Positions 1 to 7,399 of a stretch of 32,000 nucleotides of DNA are shown here, one piece after another. Both the position numbers and the translations under genes were made by a program. A model generated the notes under the pieces. That model had not been told where the DNA came from. It did no database searches and was given only the letters and a program-made list of their open reading frames with translations. The stretch is from Pyrobaculum aerophilum str. IM2. GTDB lineage: Archaea > Thermoproteota > Thermoprotei > Thermoproteales > Thermoproteaceae. The stretch covers positions 150,001 to 182,000 of the forward strand of contig NC_003364.1 in NCBI RefSeq assembly GCF_000007225.1. The letters are read 5' to 3'. How positions within the stretch are numbered: the first letter of the stretch is position 1; every line of letters starts with the position of its first letter.

Positions 1-1
1 A

Positions 2-106
2 GTGTACGGGATGCCGCCTGATATAAAGGCCCTTCTCGCAATTGCGGCGTTCGCCGCTATAACAGTAGGGGTGGCCGTGGTTGAGGCGAGGCTAGAGGCC
101 GATTAA
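2..106 (+). CDS. 3' end of a gene entering from upstream of the window (hydrophobic C-terminal tail), or a 31-aa ORF from ATG 11
   Basis: The frame is open from the window edge to TAA at 104-106. The translation ..VYGMPPDIKALLAIAAFAAITVGVAVVEARLEAD* has one TM-like stretch. No family recognised. Confidence 0.2.
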   Translation: MYGMPPDIKALLAIAAFAAITVGVAVVEARLEAD

Positions 107-133
107 CATAAAAAATCTATTCGAGGTGGGGGC

Positions 134-424
134 GTGAGGATAAAGATAAAAGATCTGGCAGAAAACGCCATAACCCCGCTCCCAGAACTGGGGGCATTTG
201 CCGTAAAGAGGGGCGGAGAGATATACGTCTATAAAGACGAGTGTCCCCACGCCTATTGCAACTTCACTACCTCTGGTCAGTTGGAGGGGGATTACATCAT
301 ATGCACATGCCACTGGTGTAAATTCGATTTGAGGACAGGGGCCTCTCTGACGCCTGAGCTAACAGCCGAGCCGTTAAGGAAAATTAGCTTTAAGGTGGAG
401 GGGGAGGAGTTAGTTTTCACCTGA
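134..424 (+). CDS. Small Rieske-type [2Fe-2S] ferredoxin-like protein
   Basis: 96-aa ORF with a GTG start. It carries both Rieske boxes, C-P-H (ECPHAY) and C-x-x-H (CTCHWCKFDLRTG), with 17 residues between them. The size and the FDLRTG motif are typical of stand-alone Rieske/NirD-like proteins. Confidence 0.7.
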   Translation: MRIKIKDLAENAITPLPELGAFAVKRGGEIYVYKDECPHAYCNFTTSGQLEGDYIICTCHWCKFDLRTGASLTPELTAEPLRKISFKVEGEELVFT

Positions 425-1154
425 CTTTTATCCAATACCTCTCAGCGTCTTTGACAACTGCGCTTTCCTCTCTAGCTCTTTTAAACTCCTCCGGGGTGTA
501 GGGTAACACCTCCACCCACTTCTCCAAGCCCAGCCTTAGCCAGACCTTCGCCGCGAGGTCGAGGCGGTCCAGCCACCGCATTCCGCCGAAATCCGGCGAG
601 ACGATAATTAAATCAACGTCGCTTTCCTCTATCCAATCCCCCCGGGCGTACGAGCCGAAGAGGTACGCCTCAACAACTCTAATCCCGGTCTCCTCAATGC
701 CCCTAATAAACTTATTTACAATTTCTAATATCCTCGAGGGTGTGCCTTCATAGCCCACAGCCCTTAGTAAATTTTCCACGAGCTCCAACACCTCCTCAGC
801 CGTTTTTAAAGAGCGATCAGCGTCGCCCTTAGTCACGACTTCATATGGCTGTCCAGCAGCGGCGTCCGGGTAGCGAGAGACAGAATAAAACTTGTTTAAC
901 TCAGCTATCCTCTCCTCGAGTCCCGGGCTGAATTCAATCCCGGCGCGTTTAATCTCTCTATACAGCTCCGTAAGGACGTGGGTATTGGGTGGCTCTCTGC
1001 GGAGCGCCACGAAATAAAGGCTCTTAAGCGCCTTTTCAACGGCTTGGTGGCCGTAAAAGGCAGATGCGTTCCACCGCCTCGCGCCGTATAACACCTTCGC
1101 TGAACACAAATCCGCCCACGCCTCGCGAATCCAAAAAACCGCCTCGCGCCTCAC
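417..1154 (-). CDS. HEPN domain - minimal nucleotidyltransferase (MNT) fusion protein
   Basis: The N-terminal half has HEPN (PF05168-like) features: WIREAWADL..A...YGHQAVEKALKSL and the C-terminal FYSVSRYPD..P..V motif. The C-terminal half has the minimal NTase signature LFGSYARGD(x9)DVDLIIV (G-S..RG / DxD). Confidence 0.8.
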   Translation of the reverse strand: MRREAVFWIREAWADLCSAKVLYGARRWNASAFYGHQAVEKALKSLYFVALRREPPNTHVLTELYREIKRAGIEFSPGLEERIAELNKFYSVSRYPDAAAGQPYEVVTKGDADRSLKTAEEVLELVENLLRAVGYEGTPSRILEIVNKFIRGIEETGIRVVEAYLFGSYARGDWIEESDVDLIIVSPDFGGMRWLDRLDLAAKVWLRLGLEKWVEVLPYTPEEFKRAREESAVVKDAERYWIKVR

Positions 1155-1220
1155 GCCTATAAACAGATCCGCGTATATATACTTGGAGTATGTTTTAAAT
1201 GGTGATAACGGAGAACTGCC
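1155..1220. promoter_or_regulatory. Divergent promoter region between the HEPN-NTase gene and sod
   Basis: The AT-rich box GTATATATAC (1172-1181) lies ~22 nt from the minus-strand start at 1154. TTTTAAAT (1193-1200) lies ~25 nt upstream of the sod ATG at 1221. Both spacings fit archaeal TATA boxes driving leaderless or near-leaderless transcripts. Confidence 0.45.
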
Positions 1221-1856
1221 ATGGTAACCACAAAAAGATACACACTACCCCCGCTCCCGTATGCCTACAACGCCCTGGAGCCGTACATATCGGCTGAGAT
1301 AATGCAACTACACCACCAAAAACACCACCAGGGATATGTCAACGGGGCCAACGCGGCTTTGGAGAAGCTTGAGAAATTCAGAAAAGGCGAGGCGCAAATT
1401 GACATCCGAGCCGTGCTGAGGGATCTGTCCTTCCACCTCAACGGCCACATACTACACTCCATCTTCTGGCCGAACATGGCGCCGCCAGGCAAAGGCGGCG
1501 GAAAGCCGGGCGGGAAAATAGCTGATTTGATAAATAAGTTCTTCGGCTCCTTCGAGAAGTTCAAAGAGGAGTTCTCGCAGGCGGCTAAAAACGTGGAGGG
1601 AGTCGGCTGGGCCATACTAGTATACGAGCCCCTCGAAGAGCAACTACTCATACTACAAATTGAAAAACACAACTTAATGCACGCCGCCGACGCCCAAGTG
1701 TTGCTGGCGCTGGACGTGTGGGAACACGCCTACTACTTGCAATACAAAAACGACCGCGGCTCTTACGTAGACAACTGGTGGAACGTGGTCAACTGGGACG
1801 ACGTAGAGAGGAGACTGCAAAAAGCCCTAAACGGCCAAATTGCGCTAAAATTATAA
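1221..1856 (+). CDS. sod: Fe/Mn-family superoxide dismutase
   Basis: 211-aa ORF with the canonical motifs YAYNALEPYIS, HHQKHH and DVWEHAYYLQYKN. From memory the sequence matches the characterised Pyrobaculum aerophilum SOD. Confidence 0.97.
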   Translation: MVTTKRYTLPPLPYAYNALEPYISAEIMQLHHQKHHQGYVNGANAALEKLEKFRKGEAQIDIRAVLRDLSFHLNGHILHSIFWPNMAPPGKGGGKPGGKIADLINKFFGSFEKFKEEFSQAAKNVEGVGWAILVYEPLEEQLLILQIEKHNLMHAADAQVLLALDVWEHAYYLQYKNDRGSYVDNWWNVVNWDDVERRLQKALNGQIALKL

Positions 1857-1864
1857 CTTTTTTA
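1857..1864 (+). terminator. Oligo-T tract after sod (possible archaeal terminator)
   Basis: A T6 run at 1858-1863 lies immediately after the sod stop codon at 1854-1856. Archaeal termination commonly uses oligo-T. The tract overlaps the stop of the convergent gene. Confidence 0.35.
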
Positions 1865-2746
1865 GGCGCTAATTAACTCCTCCTCGCTATAAACGTCGGT
1901 TTTAAACGGCCGGTCCACCACCAGCCTCACTCTGTACTTGCCCCTCCCGAGGCCCCACACCTCTTCGCGCCCAATGCCGATTTTTTGCGCCAGGTTGGGC
2001 ATGACCGGCCCGCTGATTATATACACACCAGGCCTCCCCCCGACATCAGCTACTGACTTCGCAACGCCGCCTTCTGACTTCGCCAAGGTCTTTGTCAGAG
2101 ACATTGGGCCCAGCTGGGCGCGGAGCTCCACTCTAGCCGACCTGGCCTTCACGGGCCAGAACTCCACTTCAGCCTCTAGGCGACCCTCTCGCAACACCAC
2201 AGACCCCCTGGCGTAGTCCCCCTCCTCCGTGGAGACGTTCAGGGAAACTCCTCCCCTCCCCAGCGCCCACTTTGGATCTAGGGCAATTATATAGAGCCCG
2301 TTACAACATTTGTCAAGAACTTTATAGGCTGGGGCCCAGATATACAGCTGGTTAAAAGTAGCGGCAACAGCGAACCCCTCGGCGTGGCTCCAATCAAGTC
2401 TTTCGACCGCTCTGGCGCTTCCCCTCGGCTCAAAATTAAAAAGCCAGCGGGAGTGCCTCCCCGCCTCGCGGTAATAAGACTCTACGTAGCCCGGCTCCAC
2501 AAGCAGGAGCCTACTCAACTGGCCGCAGTCCAGCAACTGGACTAGCCTCTCTATCTTCCCGGCCCTCCGCGCCCAGCTGAGTAGGGAAACTGCCGTGGCG
2601 GCGCCGAATACCGCCACCCCAATGAGTAAGTTATAGGGGGCGATGACTACTAATAACGCCAACGCAATTAACAAGGCGCCAAGGTCGTATTCCCACCTCC
2701 TTATCAGCGCCTCTGGACAAGGCCCGTTGTCCATGGCTATAACCAC
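1862..2746 (-). CDS. Hypothetical membrane protein (two N-terminal TM helices plus a soluble domain)
   Basis: 294-aa ORF. The N-terminus LGALLIALALLVVIAPYNLLIGVAVFGAATAVSLL is strongly hydrophobic. Amino-acid composition is protein-like, and the antisense ORF 1938-2216 looks like a shadow. No family recognised. Confidence 0.55.
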   Translation of the reverse strand: MVIAMDNGPCPEALIRRWEYDLGALLIALALLVVIAPYNLLIGVAVFGAATAVSLLSWARRAGKIERLVQLLDCGQLSRLLLVEPGYVESYYREAGRHSRWLFNFEPRGSARAVERLDWSHAEGFAVAATFNQLYIWAPAYKVLDKCCNGLYIIALDPKWALGRGGVSLNVSTEEGDYARGSVVLREGRLEAEVEFWPVKARSARVELRAQLGPMSLTKTLAKSEGGVAKSVADVGGRPGVYIISGPVMPNLAQKIGIGREEVWGLGRGKYRVRLVVDRPFKTDVYSEEELISA

Positions 2747-2781
2747 TTTTACACTTAAAAACTGATGCGGTATTTTACTCC

Positions 2782-3204
2782 ATGGAGCTGCCGGAGCTCG
2801 CAGAGGTAGATTTTGAAAGCGTTTTATTGTCGGCTTCAGGCCCGGCGGAGTACACCGTGTCCTTCGGCAAGCCGTGTAAAATCTCTGCTAACGTCAGAGT
2901 GGACAGCTTGATGTTCTCCTGGCCCCGCGTATTCGCCAAGGCCCTCGTGGCGGTGTATAAATGCGACGAGTTCTGGCCTCACTATGACGTAAAGACAAGG
3001 GCGCTGTCTGTGGGCAAGACTCTGTACGTATTAGTGAACTCAGTGGCCAGACACAGGGCACAAGACTCAGAGCTCGTGCCAGTGGAGAGGGGCTTGTTCT
3101 GGAACTACGTGGGGAAAATAGCGTCGGCCGCGCTGTGTAAAGTCCTCAGCGACGTCTTGCACCTAGAGCTGAAGTGCAAGACTTACGTAGCCGCTGATTT
3201 TTAA
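2782..3204 (+). CDS. Hypothetical protein
   Basis: 140-aa ORF, divergent from 1862-2746 with a 35-bp spacer. Composition is balanced. No motif recognised. Confidence 0.45.
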   Translation: MELPELAEVDFESVLLSASGPAEYTVSFGKPCKISANVRVDSLMFSWPRVFAKALVAVYKCDEFWPHYDVKTRALSVGKTLYVLVNSVARHRAQDSELVPVERGLFWNYVGKIASAALCKVLSDVLHLELKCKTYVAADF

Positions 3205-3584
3205 CGCAACCTCAGAAGGACCATGGCCGCGGCGTTGTCAGTCGGCTGGACAATTACGGCGATTATGTGCCCTCCCGGGGATGCCGCAATCTCATGGCGA
3301 TTAAAAAAGTGAGGCCGAGGAGTGTTGTCCGCGATCCTAGCAACAGGCCCCGATTTCTGGCATGATTTAATTAGGGGGAATTAGCTACAACTCGCAACGG
3401 CTGATCTCGCAGGCGACCTTGCCGTTAGCGGCGTCAATTCCCGGCGCCGTATTTACCCGCCGCTTTTTGCGGTTTCGCAACAGCCTTGAGGCGCCAAGCA
3501 CAGTGCTACAAGGCCTGTAGGCGTCGTTTATAGCTACGGCGAGCTTAGGGGGCGCGTCTCGCGCCGCCAGCTCTGGCGGGCTAC

Positions 3585-5069
3585 CTATTGCGGCCTGCGT
3601 CTCTTTATCAGCTTATCTACTGCGTATATTAAACCCAGTAGAACCGCCATTGTGATTATCTCGGCGTAGTAAACGCCGTCAAATCTCTTAACATAGCGGC
3701 CACCGCCAATGCCCGCGGAGTAGTAGTCTTCGTCTAAGACAAAGACCATGCCGTTGTCCCAGATCTTTACTCTGAACCCCTCGCACTTTGATTCCTCGGA
3801 GTACAAGCCGACGCCGCTTACGCCGGCTTTATTGCAGTATCTAATTAAGTACTCGCCTCCCTTTAACAACGGGACGTCCACTTTAGACCGCGGCGATAGA
3901 TAACTACACTTCGTCGGATAAATCTGGGCGTTAGCTATAGTGTATACAGTGACATATGCGGGTAACTCAGCCGACCTGCCCCAGAAGTCCACTGCATCTA
4001 TGCTGATCCATACGCCATCAAAGGGAATTTCCACATATACATTGGCGCCGTCGGAGACGGCTACTCTTCTGGGAATTGACTTGCCGCATAGTTCTATGTA
4101 TGCCCAATACCAGCCCGAGTGTACTTTCACGGGGCCGTAGAGGAGGCCGCGCGCAGACCCGATTCCCTCAACGCCGACATTCAGCAGGGAGACTCCCTCG
4201 ACCCCTCTGGCTATCACCGTGAGCGTTCCGTTCGGTACGTGGCTGTGCCTCCGCAAGACGGTCTTTGAGGGCATTAGGTACAGATTAAAGCCGTCAGTCC
4301 CCAGGTCATACAGCGCCGCGCCGTATATCTCCTCCTTCACGCCGCCGGGCTTTAAAACCACTATTTTGCCTTGCATTAATAAATAGACCACCCCGCCCCG
4401 CCCAAAACCTCTAGCCAAATAGTGCACCTCTCCCACAGGCCACAGAAGCGCCAATCCGCTACGCGTGACTTTATAAAGGCGCTCCTTTGTGATAAAATAG
4501 ACGCTGCCGTTAATATCCCTAATTAACTTCCCGTACCCCCTCACCTCCTTGACGTAAGCCACTTGCCAATTAGCAATGTAGTAAATTATGCTTTTATCTG
4601 CGTTGCTGCCCACAACAACGACGTCGCATCCCATGGCCTGCATGGAGTTCAAAAATGCCTCACTGGCGTTAAGTTCAAGCAGTCTTAACGCCTTTAAATC
4701 GGGGCTGAAGGCCCTCAGGCAGGCGCGGCTATGATTTCCGCTTAGGCTTATAACCTCGCCACATGCATATACCACGCTGTAAACTCTCTCTCCGGGCAAA
4801 TCCACGCTGCCGATCACCCCGCCGGGGGCCACGGCCAAAATTTGCGATCCGAACGGTATGTACAAGATATCTCCGCGCAACGCACAAGTCTCCTCTGCTG
4901 TCTCCGCGAAACCCTCTAGGTTGATGTAGCTTACTAAGGATAAATTCGCCCTATTGAAAAAAGAGATCTCAACGCCAGTGGTGTAGATAGTGTAGGAAAC
5001 TAAGTACTGATCTCCTACACACAACGCCAAGGCGAAAGCCGCCAAAAAGGAGATGGGCAACAGCCTCAT
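3585..5069 (-). CDS. Secreted, C-terminally membrane-anchored surface protein (beta-rich)
   Basis: 494-aa ORF with an N-terminal signal-like segment (MRLLPISFLAAFALALCVG). The C-terminal TM plus basic tail is AEIITMAVLLGLIYAVDKLIKRRRPQ. It has several N-x-S/T sequons. Its ATG overlaps the upstream gene's stop (ATGA at 5066-5069). Confidence 0.65.
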   Translation of the reverse strand: MRLLPISFLAAFALALCVGDQYLVSYTIYTTGVEISFFNRANLSLVSYINLEGFAETAEETCALRGDILYIPFGSQILAVAPGGVIGSVDLPGERVYSVVYACGEVISLSGNHSRACLRAFSPDLKALRLLELNASEAFLNSMQAMGCDVVVVGSNADKSIIYYIANWQVAYVKEVRGYGKLIRDINGSVYFITKERLYKVTRSGLALLWPVGEVHYLARGFGRGGVVYLLMQGKIVVLKPGGVKEEIYGAALYDLGTDGFNLYLMPSKTVLRRHSHVPNGTLTVIARGVEGVSLLNVGVEGIGSARGLLYGPVKVHSGWYWAYIELCGKSIPRRVAVSDGANVYVEIPFDGVWISIDAVDFWGRSAELPAYVTVYTIANAQIYPTKCSYLSPRSKVDVPLLKGGEYLIRYCNKAGVSGVGLYSEESKCEGFRVKIWDNGMVFVLDEDYYSAGIGGGRYVKRFDGVYYAEIITMAVLLGLIYAVDKLIKRRRPQ

Positions 5070-6367
5070 ACCAGGCCGAGCCTCCTCATTAGTAAAAACG
5101 CCGCAGCGCCGATCATAACCCCGGTCTCCATGTCGGAGAGGACAACTGTGGCATCACCGCCCGGAGGCAAAAATAAAGTTGCCTCAGATCTAATAGTCTC
5201 AAAAATAGCAAACAGCGCGTAGGTGTTCACAACAGTGATGTCATAACGGCCTGGCACCATTCCATCAAAATACAAACACGGCTTTTTTTCATTATATAAT
5301 TCTTGATTATTTATAAATATGTGTAATACTAATGATAATAATGATGTAATAGATAAATAACAGACTGTAAGTCTCGCCGGGCGATAAAGCCCCTTTCTCA
5401 CGACAACTACATATATTGTTTTATAATCTGATACGTCTTTGTACATTAAAATTAAATGCGTATTATTAGTATAAATGTCTACATAATAACGGTTACGTGG
5501 AATTACGTAGAAAGTAAAATTTCCCACCTGTCTCCCCTCGCTGTCTAACAAGAGGAGTTTATTCCGCCCATCGTAAGACATTAAGACGAGTATTGAGCCC
5601 TCCCCGTCTGAGGTGATCCACCATGGGAAGCCTCCTAATTCTACCTCTCTGGTCTTGTTGTCGCTTATAATCACCAGAGTACTTCCATTTAGGATATACA
5701 ATTTATTTTTTAAATAATATATTAATGGTATGCTATATTCTATAAAATGAAAATTGAAATTATAATTTTTTACTGTATTTTCTGTTACAACTGTAATTGT
5801 TGTGCCGTGGGAAATCATGACGCCGCTAGGCGTGGCCTTCACCCACCAAACATTATCTGAAAATCTCGCGGCGTATACTAGCGCCAAGTCGCTAATTCGC
5901 CTTATTTGAAACACAGCCCCATCCCCGTCTCTCCACGCTATATACAAATACCGGCTATCTTTGTCCACATAAATCTCGTTCCTAAAATCTAGATACCAAC
6001 CGCCGATCTTGGGCAAGTCCACGATTTTTTCTATTTTTAAAGTCTTGTTGTAGACATACGCCCTTTCCGCCGTCACGAGCACTAAGCGGTTACCGTCGGC
6101 GGCGCACGCATATACAGTTTCGTTTACAAAAACCTCGCCTAGCCTGTCCCCTACAAATGAGCGCACGTGCACCACCGATGCCAAAGGCGTAATCTCCACG
6201 ACGTACAGCCTAGACCCATCGGTGCAGACGTCTACTAAAATTGAATCCGAAAAAACCGTAATGAATTCAAGCCGCATCTCCACCACGCCGAACCCCCAAA
6301 TAGAAACGCCTAAAAGAGCCGCTAACAGCACGGCACGCCAATTCAACATACAACTGATGTGCAACAT
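5066..6367 (-). CDS. Secreted, C-terminally membrane-anchored surface protein (repeated beta-strand-rich, propeller-like segments)
   Basis: 433-aa ORF with an N-terminal hydrophobic segment (AVLLAALLGVSIWGFGV). Recurrent motifs are DG.RLYVV, DGNRLVLV, RYLYIAW.DGDG and EGSILVL. The C-terminal TM plus basic tail is GVMIGAAAFLLMRRLGLV. The central part of the gene is strikingly AT-rich. Confidence 0.6.
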   Translation of the reverse strand: MLHISCMLNWRAVLLAALLGVSIWGFGVVEMRLEFITVFSDSILVDVCTDGSRLYVVEITPLASVVHVRSFVGDRLGEVFVNETVYACAADGNRLVLVTAERAYVYNKTLKIEKIVDLPKIGGWYLDFRNEIYVDKDSRYLYIAWRDGDGAVFQIRRISDLALVYAARFSDNVWWVKATPSGVMISHGTTITVVTENTVKNYNFNFHFIEYSIPLIYYLKNKLYILNGSTLVIISDNKTREVELGGFPWWITSDGEGSILVLMSYDGRNKLLLLDSEGRQVGNFTFYVIPRNRYYVDIYTNNTHLILMYKDVSDYKTIYVVVVRKGLYRPARLTVCYLSITSLLSLVLHIFINNQELYNEKKPCLYFDGMVPGRYDITVVNTYALFAIFETIRSEATLFLPPGGDATVVLSDMETGVMIGAAAFLLMRRLGLV

Positions 6368-6805
6368 GCTTTAAATGTTATCTGCGACGTTGGCAGCGCT
6401 CCCCGGAATTATCCCAGACGGAATGCCAACGGGGCCTTCGCCCACATGCCACTTGTTTGAAGAGCGGCGACAGCCTCAAAACGCGATTACAGATCACATA
6501 GTCACTCGGCGGATGTGTTTAGCAATTGGCGGAAAGCCCAGATGAGCGGCTAAGGGAGCGCTTTGCCGTTGCCCAGTGACAGCAGTACCTCAGTTGCAGA
6601 GGGAGCGGTTTGAAGCCGCTAACAGGCTGCATTCCGAGCACTGAGCGGCCATGTGCGCATCGGCGTGTAAGACGCGGCAGCAGCTGGCTTGTCGCCTACT
6701 CAAGCTCCATGAGAAGATGAAAACACTGACAACTACATTACCCCGGCGAAAAAGGAACTTGAGCCAGGAGGCACGGCCTCCAGTTTAACATCTGCCGGGA
6801 GGAGT

Positions 6806-7399
6806 TCACGGATTTAAACACCCCAGGTGCGTATTGCGACGGCAGTCACCTCCTCGCCTAGATTGACCGAGTCTCTCCAAAGTGCGGATTGTCTGCAACG
6901 TGGCTACGGCGGATAGATAAGTGAGCAAATACCTAGCCCAGTTTAAAAAAGTCGTGTGGGGGTTATCGCCTATTGCCACCAGCGCCCAATTGGGCAACAA
7001 ATTGGCAAATTCGAGGGGGAGGTAGATCAGGTTTATAGCGTACTGCACCACAAAGGCGGCAATAACGCCTTTAACTCTCCAAAGCCTCCAAGAGGCCCAC
7101 AACAAGCCGAGCCAGGCCCAGCCCAAGACAAATAATATGGAGAGAAACGCCACGAAGAAGTGGGGATAGGCGAAGGACAGCGCCCACAAAACCGCCCCAA
7201 ACGCCAGGGCTGTGTGAAAATAGCGGCGGCACGTCATGAAGAGACACACGGCAGACACAATCGAGAAGGTGTACGCCACACTGGCGCGGATAAGCTGGGC
7301 AGGTCCCAAGGGAGGGAGTGACGCCGAGAAGAGGAAGAGGAGGCCGAGGGAAAAAAGACTACTGGATTTTAAGATAGAACCTCCCAACGCCCAACGCAT
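6806..7399 (-). CDS. Polytopic membrane protein (hypothetical)
   Basis: The ORF is open to 7486, but that extension overlaps the upstream 773-aa gene by 128 nt. I chose the ATG at 7399 (MRWALGG..) as the more plausible start; 7237 is also possible. There are 5-6 hydrophobic segments, e.g. AVLWALSFAYPHFFVAFLSILFVLGWAWLGLLW. Confidence 0.5.
   Translation of the reverse strand: MRWALGGSILKSSSLFSLGLLFLFSASLPPLGPAQLIRASVAYTFSIVSAVCLFMTCRRYFHTALAFGAVLWALSFAYPHFFVAFLSILFVLGWAWLGLLWASWRLWRVKGVIAAFVVQYAINLIYLPLEFANLLPNWALVAIGDNPHTTFLNWARYLLTYLSAVATLQTIRTLERLGQSRRGGDCRRNTHLGCLNP

Noticed and set aside
1265-2216. ORFs 1265-1672(-) and 1938-2216(+) overlapping sod and the 294-aa gene
   Set aside because: They lie antisense to an unambiguous SOD gene and to a longer membrane-protein ORF. 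Their Cys/Ser/Pro-rich composition is biased, so they are shadow ORFs.
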